Shown here: positions 9,868 to 21,171 of the stretch, piece by piece
How the letters are laid out: each line of letters begins with the position of its first letter
Position numbering within the stretch: position 1 is the first letter of the stretch
Translations under genes and position numbers: made by a program
The notes under the pieces: generated by a model
Told to the model about the DNA's origin: nothing
The model's input: the letters and a program-made list of their open reading frames with translations, nothing else
Database searches by the model: none
Source: Octopus sinensis
Lineage: Eukaryota
DNA: 22,409 nt
Direction: 5' to 3'
Assembly: GCF_006345805.1 (NCBI RefSeq)
Contig: NW_021836889.1
Location: 1-22,409, forward strand

Positions 9868-10814
9868 TGACGATAATGATGATAGCGATGACGACGTCGA
9901 CGATGACGAAGACCTTGATGATGATGATGATGGAGGTGATGGTGATGGAAATTTCATTTCTTTGCTGCAGGGGAAAGGTCGGTTTACAATTTGGCAGTAT
10001 GGTAGGTGAAAGTAAAGAAGATGAAATGAGATAAAAGTATACAGAACATGTGATTACATCTATTACGCAGTCCTCTTGATACAGTAGAACCTTCAGATAG
10101 GGTCAAGGAAGGAACCCCGCACATCCAGAATCACCCTTGCCACTAAAGGCACGAACCCGCGCCCAAATATTGTTCCCCAATCTACAGAGGCATGCTTAGT
10201 GTAATTCCATTCACACTAAACACTTTTCCACAATTAGCAATCCTTTTACATATTCACTGGGAGAGAGAGAGAAAATATTTCCTTCTCCAGCTTCACTCAT
10301 TTCCAAGTGAAACATTACTAAAATGTGAACGAGGACTTGACCGAAGAGAAGGGTGTCTTTCGTCAATCCAGTCGGTCTTGTTCACTGCTCGTGCCCCTTT
10401 CACCATAGCCAGCAGACCAGTGGTTCTCGATAACTGTTTATAGTGAATAAATGCCTATATTTTCGTATAATTTCACATGTACCGTAACTAGCAAAGATGT
10501 CGTTTTTTTTTTTGCTCTGCAGTCGTGAGGTAAGCGTGTGCATAAACAAAGGAGTGCGCATGGGTCTCTGTGTGTATGAACAAAGGAGTACGCATGGGTA
10601 TCTGCATGTATAAACAGAAGTGCGCATGTGTGTGTGTGTATGTGTGTGTGTGTGTGTGTGTGTATACACTGTGTGTGTGCTCATAAACATATGAGTCACA
10701 GAAGGAGCGCTCTACATCATAGACTTACATACAGCTTCAGATTTGAATCTGGAGGATAAACAGCAACAGCAAAGTATGTAGAGAAGCGAATTGTAAATGA
10801 TAATGGCATGGACA

Positions 10815-10905
10815 ATAATGATGATGCTGATGATGATGATGAGGAGGAGGAGGAGGAGGAGGATAATGATGATGATGACGATGATGACGACGGCTACGAT
10901 CATGG

Positions 10906-10947
<42 letters not shown>

Positions 10948-11004
10948 CGACGGCTACGATCATGGTGATTATGATGAGGATTTTGTTGTTGTCGTTGTTG
11001 TTAT

Positions 11005-11036
<32 letters not shown>

Positions 11037-11065
11037 ATGATTATGGTGATGATGATGATGATGAT
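10815..11065. repeat. (GAT)n/(GAG)n microsatellite with a 60-bp higher-order duplication
   Basis: atgatgacgacggctacgatcatggtgat at 10881-10909 and 10941-10969. Confidence 0.9.
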
Positions 11066-11144
11066 AGTGTTCGTTATTATGTACACTGCATTTATAGGCA
11101 TGCTTTGCCGGTGCTAACCGAACTTCCTCTCAACATTGTTAATG

Positions 11145-11421
11145 CTATTGTTGCTGTTGTTGTTGTTGTTGTTGTTGTTCCTGTTGTTGGAAATCATTAA
11201 TTATATTGTCTGTCATTTTTATTATTATTATTGCTTCATTATTACATTATTATTATATTATCCGTCACATCATTATTCTTATTGTTTATCACTATTATTT
11301 ATTATTATCATTATTACTATTATCATTATTACTGTTATTATTATTATTATTATTATTGTTGTTGTTGTTGTTGTTGTGTTGTTGTTGTTGTTGTGTGGTG
11401 GTGGTGGTGGTGGTGGTGGTT
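11145..11421. repeat. (GTT)n/(ATT)n/(GGT)n compound trinucleotide tract
   Basis: Direct reading. Confidence 0.9.
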
Positions 11422-11729
11422 GTCTTTTGTGTTTATTCCCATTATTAGTTTATAAGCAAAATCTTCCTATTACATAATACACACTCAGAATTTTCTTCAC
11501 CCTCGCACTCACAGGAAAAAAACACATACACATACACACACACGCACGCACACACACCACACACACACGCTTACACACACACACACACACACACACATAC
11601 GCACACATGCTCTACATACGATTGCACCATAAACATGCCCTCACACAAGGGAGTAAGATTGACAGCCATACACTCTTACATATACCTTCCCCTATGCTGT
11701 GATGTAATAAAGAACACCTACCATCCCCA

Positions 11730-11893
11730 CCACCACTACTACTGCTACTAATACTGCTGCTACTGCTGCTACTGCTACTGCATAATAATGTTAATGATGG
11801 TCATGATAATGTTAATAAGAATGATAAATTTAGTATTATTATTATTATTCATAATAATAATAATGATATTATTATTATTATCATTATTATTAC

Positions 11894-11938
<45 letters not shown>

Positions 11939-11945
11939 GAATGAC

Positions 11946-11989
<44 letters not shown>

Positions 11990-12143
11990 TAATAATAATA
12001 ATAATGATGATAATTCACCTTTTCCAAAATGGCTGCCAGTATTCATTGCATCAACGCTAAACGAAACATTTTCAAGAAATGGAAAGGTAAAGGAATAAAA
12101 CAACAACAACAACAACGACTATAATAATAATAATAATAATAAT

Positions 12144-12174
<31 letters not shown>

Positions 12175-12266
12175 TAATAACAATGATAATAATAGTAATA
12201 ATAATACTAATAAGTAAAATAATAATAATATAATAATAATATAAAATAATAATAATAATAATAGCC

Positions 12267-12332
<66 letters not shown>

Positions 12333-12365
12333 TAGCAATAATAATAATAATAATAATAACAATAA
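11730..12365. repeat. (CTA/CTG)n, (ATT)n and (AAT)n trinucleotide tracts
   Basis: Direct reading; the (ATT)n strand switches to (AAT)n near 11940. Confidence 0.9.
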
Positions 12366-12694
12366 TAAAGAGGACAACAAAAATAGTAACAATAACCGCA
12401 GCAACATCAGAAACAACAACAAGTTGATATATAACTCTAAACTTCGACATGGCTTCCAATGATTTCACTCCAAATCCCCCATCTTACCCATCGACAACTG
12501 CCGAAAATATTGCAAGGTTTCCTATATAATCCTCGAGTGTTACTTCCCATAATCCGCAGCAACTGTTTGGATAATTATTGAAATGGTTTCTTTCTGCTTT
12601 AATCCGATCCGATCATCAATATACAGACTCACCTTACCCACCCCATCCACCCATCCACCAACTCTCTTACTCTTTCACACTTATGCTATACTCT

Positions 12695-12703
12695 TGCTCT
12701 TTT

Positions 12704-12747
<44 letters not shown>

Positions 12748-12822
12748 GTATCTCTCTGTTAGGTGGTCTGTCAATCTTTTGCTCTTTTTCATCTTTTCTC
12801 TCTGTTACTCTTTGTCTGTTCT

Positions 12823-12870
<48 letters not shown>

Positions 12871-12905
12871 TCTCTCTCTGTCATTGTCTCTCTCTCTCTC
12901 TCTCT
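12695..12905. repeat. (CT)n microsatellites
   Basis: Direct reading. Confidence 0.9.
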
Positions 12906-13014
12906 TGTTTAATGAAATCCTAAAGGATTAACGTTAAACATTAATGCCATTATGCTTATAATACTGTTGACATAGTACAGAAAAATATACACGACAGGTA
13001 TATGAAAATACAAG

Positions 13015-13323
13015 CATGTGTATCATATATATATATATATATATATATGTACGTACATATGTGTATGTATACATATGTGAATATACATATATGCATGCAT
13101 ATGTAAATGTACATTTGTACACACATATATATATATCCATACACACGCAAACACAAACACACACATATATATATATATACATATATCTACAATATAGATA
13201 ATTATATATATGCATATATATATATATATATAAATTTAAATATTTATATATGTATATATGCATATGTATATAAGTATATATGTATATGAGTATATAACTA
13301 ATATGTTTATATCTATATGCATA

Positions 13324-13376
<53 letters not shown>

Positions 13377-13440
13377 ATAATATATATATATATATATATA
13401 ATATATATATTATATATATATATATATGCATCTATATATA
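13015..13440. repeat. (TA)n-rich microsatellite
   Basis: Direct reading. Confidence 0.95.
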
Positions 13441-13774
13441 TGTGGCGGTTGGGTTGAACATTTGTGTTTACAAACGAAGTAAATAGAACTCAATACTTAA
13501 ATTAAAGTTTCTATGTTTTATTACAGATTGAATTTCCTTGAACTGTTCTTCTGGCTTTCGTGGTGATAATTTTATAAATAATCACAGAGAGGAAGTAGCG
13601 TAACATTATATAACGAAACGTACTACATGTTTGCATGTACATGTGTACATTCAAACATGTATGTAATCTTAAGAGAATCTTTAGCGATTTTGAGTAAGTC
13701 GTTTACTTATTTTTCTGTCGGCGTTATTTGCTAATGTAAATATAGGTGCAAGTATGGATGTGTAGTAAAGATTT

Positions 13775-13900
13775 TGCCAGCGCGCTGAAGTATTTCTTCC
13801 ATCTTTTTACGTTCCATATTCAAGACTGGCCACAGTCAACTTCGTCTTCATTCAATCGCGATTGATAAAAAAAATCCACTATCAGAGTCCTGGGGTAATT
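13775..13900 (+). mobile_element. Highly diverged SINE family 2 copy
   Basis: gtatttcttccatctttttacgttcc...gtcaacttcgtcttcattc...gataaa...ctggggt is colinear with family 2. Confidence 0.5.
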
Positions 13901-14274
13901 TTCAGCCTAAGTGCCCGTGTTGTATACAGGTATTCAGAAATCACTGGACTGGTAATGTTATAGCGTTAGCTTGGGGCTCTGACGATTCGAGATAAACTCT
14001 ACAGATACAGACGTCCTATCAGACGGGAATGTTGAAATTCATGCACAGAGACGAAACTGCACTGAATGCATTCTTGCAGTGTGCAAACGCTGCTGACTTG
14101 TGGAGTTGTGTTTAGAACGAATCCGTCTATTATTGTAAGAATCGGCTCCCCACTTACCTCCACTAACGGCAAGAAAGGCGATGTTTTCTTGTCTAAAACT
14201 GTTGTTCTTAACGGAGTTCCCTGTGACCCTCGGCAGCGGTGGGATCCATAAAAGATTTTGTCATTAAACAGCAA

Positions 14275-14359
14275 GAAAAGACTCGCCCAAGGTGCCACAC
14301 ATTGGGACTGAATCCGGAACCATGTGGTTGGGGAAGCAAGCTTCTTACCACACAGCCAC
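14275..14359 (-). mobile_element. SINE family 1 5' head
   Basis: gcccaaggtgccac...gaaccatgtggttgg...cttaccacacagccac is the reverse complement of the head at 19857-19940. Confidence 0.85.
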
Positions 14360-14655
14360 ATGATCGAAGGAGTACAACGACCAATGCAAGCGGCCGAAAT
14401 GAGATTCCCTCACTAGAGTAACGCTAATCGACAGATTGCATAGCTTGGAGATCAGAGAGTATCTCCAAGCGAAGCCGCTAATTCTCTACATTGAGTGGTC
14501 ACAGCTCTAGTACTATAAACACAGGATTAGAATGGCGCAGGAGACCTAGGAGTAGACCAAGAATATGGCTGGATAATATCTTTAGTCTCAGTTAGTCACA
14601 CGTGGTAATCCAGAAGGAAAGCATAACAACGGTTGCATTCGACTGGAACTTAGGT
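14360..14655 (+). pseudogene. RTE-clade LINE ORF C-terminal relic
   Basis: Manual translation with shifts: MIEGVQRPMQAAEMRFP / RVTLIDRLHSLEIREYLQAKPLILYIEWSQL*YYKHRIRM / RPRSRPRIWLDNI. Matches RTE motifs QAAEMRFLR, IERSQLRWFGHxxRM and RPRGRPRxRW. Confidence 0.85.
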
Positions 14656-14777
14656 ATTCTGTTTACTTTGGCTTGAACAGTCTGTCTTGTGAGCCTGTGG
14701 CATTCTAACCACATTTGCATAGGAGAAGCAGGAAAGGCCCTTTATTGAGGAGATGCCTAAGGGCTCTACTCAAAACA

Positions 14778-15103
14778 AATAATAATAATGATAATAAGTA
14801 ATGCCTTGATACAATACTTCTGATCTTAACTGGTTGGAAGTGTTATCATGTACATGTTTTGTATTGATATAAAACATGGGCTACAGCAAATGTTCTGCTC
14901 AATACCATAGATTTGCTTATCAGCTGTTTGACCTTAACCAGCTGAGCATGTCCCTTAGTGGCTGACAATATGTGCATCTCTGAACATGAGCAGAAGTAGT
15001 TGGGGAGTATCCTAGCCATTTGTTGAGAGGAATTATTTAGGGTTTCAATAATTCACCTCTGGAAATATGGGTGTTTCGCTCAACATCTTTAAACAATCCT
15101 TTT
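14778..15103 (-). mobile_element. Probable retroelement 3' end with (ATT)n tail, family unassigned
   Basis: Complex-sequence block ending on the minus strand in an (ATT)n tail; I recall similar sequence as an octopus interspersed repeat; no protein motif recognised. Confidence 0.35.
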
Positions 15104-15106
15104 TGA

Positions 15107-15167
15107 TGGACGAAATGCCACTCAGCTTTCTGCCCGGCGTGCTAACGACTCTGCCAGCTCGCCGCCT
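15107..15167 (-). mobile_element. SINE family 2 5' head (A-box region)
   Basis: Reverse complement aggcggcgagctggcagagtcgttagcacgccgggcagaaagctgagtggcatttcgtcc matches the head ending at 8915. Confidence 0.8.
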
Positions 15168-15919
15168 TTCGAATCAGAAACCAAATTGAAGACGGAAGAT
15201 CAAAGCAATGAACCTAAAGTTCCACTCTTTGAATAAGATTAGAAAAAATCAAAGATGCTCATACAGATGTCACTTAATTATTTTCTAGCTATAATATAAA
15301 CCAAAATAACTGAGTGTCGCATGTGTATATGTGTGTGTGTCTGTGTGTATCTGTCTGTGTGTCTATGTGTGTGTGTTTATGTGTTTATGTTTTCCTTTGT
15401 CTCTGTGCGGGTACACACACACATTCATAGACAAACACACACACACACCACACACACACACATATATGTATATATTTGAAAACAAATAATTTCAAATATA
15501 TATGTACATATGCGCCTCTGCGTGTGTGTATGTGTGTTTTTGCGTGTGTAATATTTTCTCATAGACACCCATGCACACTCACACACATATTGTACATGTA
15601 GCTCACATTTCTAATATAATCCATTTTAATAAATCTATATATATATATATATATAAATTCAAGAAGAACTTGTAGGGTTATCAAAATATGTTTTGTAATT
15701 CTCTTTAACATATTTCATATTACTATTAATTCAGGCTTCAAATATTTAATCTAGTGATACATTTAAAATTTTCTTAGCTCTAATTCTTTCTATGTAATTT
15801 AATTATTTGAACGAACTGAAGCACTTATGGCGCAACAATTACCCTTACAAAACAACATCTGGTTTGAGCTTCAATAACAATACATAATTGTAAGTATATA
15901 CGTTTTAGAGCTAACTGAA

Positions 15920-15957
<38 letters not shown>

Positions 15958-16254
15958 CATTATGATATATATATATAAGTATTATATATTCACGCATGCG
16001 TCAGTCGTTTTAATCTGTAAAATATCGTAAAGGCAAACTACATATAGCGCTCTTTAACGCATTGACACACACACACAATTCGAAATTAGTTGAAAGTTAT
16101 GACCATGATATATGCGAAATAAATAATGGAAGGGAATGAATCTTGAACGAACGGTTAGAAAGAAAATGTTTTTATATATTTACATACTGAAAATATACGT
16201 TAGCATGCATAAACAAATATTCACATACATAAACACGCAGGTGCATATTAGAAC

Positions 16255-16285
<31 letters not shown>

Positions 16286-16377
16286 TAATCCAAACGGGAA
16301 AACAGAAAAAACAACAACACGTGGAACAATTACAGTATTATATTATTAGGCGCTCAGGAAAATGGAGAAGGAGGAGG

Positions 16378-16412
16378 GTATGACGTTTCGAGCGGAGCTC
16401 TTCGTCGGAAAC
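16378..16412 (-). ncRNA. Minimal/degenerate type I hammerhead motif in a ~220-bp element (16282-16500) between TA-rich microsatellites
   Basis: Minus strand GUUU CCGACGA A GAGC UCC GCUC GAAA CG UC AUAC: U4 changed to C, perfect 4-bp stem II, palindromic ACGU in place of stem III, stem I 3/4 paired. Confidence 0.55.
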
Positions 16413-16811
16413 ATAAGAGAAGGAAGAAAGAAGAAAGAAAGATCACGATGTGGGCGAACAGGGGGAAAAAACGCGACTGGTGTTTACGAAGTACACATGC
16501 TGATATATATATATATATTTGTATGTATGTATGTATGTATGTATGTATGTATGTATGTATGTATGTATATAGGCAGAAATATATACATCAATAAAGTGGT
16601 AAATGGCACCAGTCAACACCAGTATTACTAGAAATATGAGAGAAAACAACTCAATAGCTACGGAAAGCATCATCTTAAGGACTGACCAAGGAGGCAAGTT
16701 CCCTACAGAACCAGATAGAGCAAGATCATCGATAATTTGTTTGTTTTTGATTTTGTCAACTACACACAATAGTAAGGTCAGCTGGACACCGTCTGTGAGA
16801 AAAACAGCAAC

Positions 16812-17262
16812 ATGACACAATTCACACCGCCACACATTTGGAAATGACATGCTCTCCTGTTTGACATTTCGCGCCGGAAGCTTTAATACGAACGTTTCAG
16901 AGTGTACTGAGAGGGATAAGAATCAAGCATCCAGTCAACATCATGGTGTTTGGAGTGACCACTAGTGATTGCGACGTTATGCCTCCATTCATTTTCCCAC
17001 ACGGCCTCAGACTCAACACGGAGTCCTACATCAAGTGCCTGGAGGAGGTAGTGCTTCCTTGGGTCAAGAGGCTGGCTACTGGGTGACTGCCCTATGTCTG
17101 GCAAAACGACTCTGCGCCATGCCACACAAGCAGGAGAACTGACTCATGGCTGTCAGACAATTTCTGCGACCACCATCACCCCTAACAACTAGCCACTTAA
17201 CTCCCCCAGACTGCAACCCTCTTGGTTATTATGTGCAGGACGCAGCTGATCGAGAGACCAAG
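16812..17262 (+). pseudogene. Internally deleted Tc1/mariner-superfamily (maT/DD37D-like) transposase relic
   Basis: 16916 onward: IKHPVNIMVFGVTTSDCDVMPPFIFPHGLRLNTESYIKCLEEVVLPWVKRLATG*LPYVWQNDSAPCHTSRRTDSWLSDNFCDH, then frameshifted PLNSP/DCNPLGYYV. Putative N-terminus MTQFTPPHIWK*HALL from ATG 16812. Confidence 0.85.
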
Positions 17263-18021
17263 CTCTTAGGTTTTTGACCAAAACAACAAAGAGAACGAAA
17301 GATGATCTCACAATTTGCCTTCATTGAACAGCACAGGGTTATTTTATCTTGTCAACTACTGTCGAGGCGGTTGTAATTAACAGGGTCTAGAAGTGACACA
17401 GAGTAGCCATCGCCGAAGCTTGACCGTATTTAGTTTGGCGTTGGGCGGTAGGGTGGGAGACTTAAGCAAAATAAAGAATCACAACATATTTATGACATGT
17501 CATAAATAATATCAATAAGAGAAAAAAATAACGTTAGTTCGGTAGTCTTGTCTGTTAGTCATATGATATATCATTTGCTGTTTCCATACGATCAGAAATA
17601 CACTTCTGTCTCTGCTTGTATGTCTTCTTGTCTGTCTGTCTCCCATATATATATATATATATATATCACATTATCGACAAGGCTATCAGAAGTTGTTTAC
17701 ATCGCTGGTCGCAATGCATTGGACATTATTTTAACTTTCGAATGACACCACCCTGGCTGGCTAGGCGAGTAAGCCAGTATTCCCCAAGAAGCATGAAGGA
17801 GTCGAGCTCTTGTTAGGAGCCTGCGAAACTTGATGTCTGAAGATCTTCTCTTCAGGGTCTTCCACTAGCTGGAGGAACTTCTAAGATTAAACAAAAAAAT
17901 ATTGAATATTTGACTGGAATCCTTACAGCAACCGTAACCCAGGGGTACCCTACCAAATTCTTGATCCGGATGTGACTGTGTGATTTGTTGAATGTGGGTT
18001 CGATATTGCGCTATTCCGTCT

Positions 18022-18167
18022 CAGTGTAACCTATTTACATCTGAGTGGACTGTAACAACGAAAGATTTGTTATATTGCTCAAGAAAGCAACGCGCTGCCC
18101 GGTGCGAGAAGAGAACCCACGATAGTCATGTGATCGCGAGTTCAATACCCTAACCACTAGGCCACGA
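18022..18167 (-). mobile_element. Diverged tRNA-derived SINE, family 3
   Basis: Reverse complement begins cgtggcctagtggttagggt (A-box), decayed B-box ggttctcttc, body cagtccactcagatgtaaat. Confidence 0.6.
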
Positions 18168-18351
18168 GTCTCCATACACACACACATACATTCACACACA
18201 CTCATTCAGAAACTCACATATATATGAATATTTACGTATAGCAACACTGAAGCTGGAAGCAAGATAATAATCTAATTCTACACTTTATCACATTGAAGAA
18301 TATAAACAGGTTTTTAAGCACAACGCACGCGGAGACAAAAAGAAACACTAC

Positions 18352-18494
18352 CTTTCACCGGAACACCGATGCCGGCACTGTCGTTCGCGCAGTGTTCTCT
18401 CTCCCTAGCGTGAAGCTTCCTATCTCGGTCATGTGAGCATGCACACAACAGCCAAACACTGTGAAGCGCACAGTTCAATACAAAACTTTTTATA
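18352..18494 (-). promoter_or_regulatory. Candidate TATA box, initiator and non-coding first exon
   Basis: Minus-strand TATAAAAAG 18494-18486; TCACAGT ~32 nt downstream; CpG-rich unique sequence; AAG|GTAGTG donor after 18352. Confidence 0.25.
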
Positions 18495-18779
18495 TATTTT
18501 TCTTTCATAAACTAGAGGATGGCTACTGACATTAAGCCTAAAGATTATATAAAGTACACGTATAGAGAGAGAATTAAAGAAAATAGGACTCAATATATTG
18601 AATGTTATCGATAATATCGAGTGGAAATAGGGAGCGCTGCAGTTCCGCAGTACCTATAGACGAGCCACCACTCTGTGTGTGCGCGCGTGTGCGAGCGAGT
18701 GTGTGTCTACGTAGCACAGATACAAACGATGATAATTACACATACAGCTACAATTGTCGTTACATACACACCACACGTT

Positions 18780-18801
18780 CACACTCTCACACACACATGT
18801 G

Positions 18802-18887
<86 letters not shown>

Positions 18888-19347
18888 AATGCAAACCATG
18901 CTACGCTGAGATATATCCCAGGCATACCCTCATAGGATTCACATACATGAATGTACACCAAGAATCGAATAGAGACACAGGTACACACATATATATGAAC
19001 ATGCATGCACACACACACGCGCACACGCACACACGCACGCATATACATACATTTTCTCTCTCTCACACTATGTCTTGCTTTTTCTCTCTCACTCTCTCTC
19101 TCTCTCAATCACTTTCTCTCTCTCTCTCAGTCACTATCTCTCTCTCTCTTTCACACACACACACACGAACACACATACTCCCTTTCGCACACACTCTCTT
19201 TCACACATATATATACTATCACTCTCTGTTCCTCTCTTTCACATTCTCTCTTTCTCTCTCTTTCTCTATCTCTCTATCTCACCCTCTCTTTTATATACAC
19301 ACTCTCTAACTATATCTCTCTCACACATAGAGACACACATTTACACA

Positions 19348-19420
<73 letters not shown>
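18780..19420. repeat. Compound (CA)n/(TA)n/(CT)n microsatellite region
   Basis: Direct reading. Confidence 0.9.
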
Positions 19421-19423
<3 letters not shown>

Positions 19424-19847
19424 CACGCATATCCACACATAATCATGCAAGAACAGGAACAGAACGTGAGAAAGCTATAAAACAGAAAACGATGGTAAAA
19501 CTGTCAAAAAATAAAAATAAAAATAAAAATAAAAAATAAAACAACAATACAAACATAAAAACATAGTTTAAATAAAAAACATAAAAATAATAAAAAATAA
19601 ATCTTCCCAAACTCTCCAGTTAAGTGTCATGTTGAGAGATTGTCAGAACGGTAAATTCCACTAAACATAACTAATAACTGACAGAAATTGTCACAGCATT
19701 TAAATATCTTTTTTAATACATATTTTTTTTTTCCTCTCTCTTATATTGAGTTATGAAGAAATATAGAAGAATTGTGGCTAATAGAGAGCAGCGGCTTAAT
19801 TTAAATACTCTTCTCCTCTCGGTTTAATTTCCGTTTCGTTCTCTATA

Positions 19848-20024
19848 GGCGCAGGAGTGGCTGTGTGGTAAGTAGCTTGTTTACCAACCACATGGTTCGG
19901 GGGTTCATTCCCACTGCGTGGCACCTTGGGCGAGTGTCTTCTACTATAGCTTCGGGCCAATCAAAGCTTTGTGAGTGGATTTGGTAGACGGAAACTGAAA
20001 GAAGCCCGTCGTATATATGTAAGT

Positions 20025-20059
<35 letters not shown>

Positions 20060-20273
20060 TGTTGTGTCTGTGGTTTGTCCCCCTAGCATTGCTTGACAAC
20101 CGATGCTGGTGTGTTATGTCCCCGTACCTAGCGGTTCGGCAAAAGAGACCGATAGAATAAGTACTGGGCTTACAAAAAGAATAAGTTCCGGGGTCGAGTT
20201 GCTCGATTAAAGGCGGTGCACCAGCATGGCCGTAGTCAAATGACTGAAACAAGTAAAAGAGTAAAAGAGAGAG
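19848..20273 (+). mobile_element. Full-length tRNA-derived SINE family 1 (CORE-like)
   Basis: A-box tggctgtgtgg, B-box-like ggttcattccc, CORE-like gcaccttgggcgagtg, internal (TA)n, repeated agtaaaag tail. Confidence 0.9.
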
Positions 20274-20331
20274 TATTGCTTGAACATCGATCTTGTCCCT
20301 GGATGATTTCGGCAGCAGATCAATTTGGAGT

Positions 20332-20541
20332 CTACTCTTTCTACGCTTTTTTACTCTTTTACTTGTTTCAGTCGTTTGACTGCGGCCATGCTGGAGCACC
20401 GCCTTTTTTTAGTCGAGCAAATCGCCCCATACACCCCCCCCCCATGACTTATTCTTTGTAAGCCTAGTACTTATTCTATCGGTCAGTCTTTCGCCGAACC
20501 GATAAGCACACCAGCATCGGTTGTCAAGCGATGTTGGGGGA

Positions 20542-20583
<42 letters not shown>

Positions 20584-20910
20584 CATATAAATTAGAAAAA
20601 ACAACCTTTTATCAATTCAACAATGAAATAATTAAATTATACCATATAGAGAAAAATTACATCCTATAGAAAAAATTAAATATAAAATATAAAACATATA
20701 CCCATGATTAAGTAATGTGCAAAATAATAAATAAAGCGTATTTATATACGACGGGCTTCTTTCAGTTTCCGTCTACCAAATCCACTCACAAGGCCTTGGT
20801 CGGCCCGAGACTATAGTAGAAACACTTGCCTAAGGTGCCACGCATTGAGACTGAACCTGGAACCATGTGGTTGGTAAGCAAGCTACTTGCCACACAACCA
20901 CTCCTACGCC
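20332..20910 (-). mobile_element. Full-length SINE family 1, inverted relative to 19848-20273, with an insertion in its internal microsatellite
   Basis: Reverse complement aligns over head, body and tail to the + copy; extra AT-rich block at ~20589-20745. Confidence 0.9.
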
Positions 20911-20951
20911 TATACTTTGTTTTATTTTATTTTTTATTTTTTTATTTACTT

Positions 20952-21128
20952 CAGTGTTTCCCAACCTGAGGTCCGCGGACCCCTGGTGGTGGTCCGCAAG
21001 AGTAGTACTAAGGGTCCGCGAACCAAATTCAAAAATTATTTATATATATATATATGTACATAAGGATAAGCATATTAAAAGGGGTCTGTGAGAAAACTCA
21101 TTTAAATAAAAAGTGTTTGGAATCATTG
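20952..21128. mobile_element. hAT/Charlie-like MITE
   Basis: Imperfect TIRs cagtgtttcccaac ... gtttggaatcattg; subterminal ggtccgcg/ggggtc motifs; 8-bp TSD not preserved. Confidence 0.6.
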
Positions 21129-21171
21129 TAAAAAGATGGGGAGCCACAGAGTTAGTTGAGGTGGTGAAGTA

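Noticed and set aside
10797-11200. Poly-Asp/Glu and poly-Met ORFs; CUGAUGA near 10827
   Set aside because: (GAT)n microsatellite; no partner GAAA or helices.
11832-12012. (ATT)n followed by (AAT)n fold-back
   Set aside because: Common microsatellite strand switch with no further structure.
13979-14085. CUGACGA ... GAAACUGCA/UGCAGU apparent hammerhead
   Set aside because: Good stem III, but the triplet is GUG (violates the NUH rule) and stems I and II do not pair.
14158-14192. 35-nt minus-strand exon candidate (ttttag ... GAG|gtaagt)
   Set aside because: Poor pyrimidine tract; one perfect donor is expected by chance in a window this size.
15655-15922. AT-rich block between (TA)n tracts with ctgaagc...cgcaac
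   Set aside because: Both core boxes deviate and helices do not close; may be an insert but no ribozyme is supportable.
19944-20399. 151-aa ORF and partner ORF 20216-20461
   Set aside because: Lie wholly within the inverted SINE pair and its spacer.
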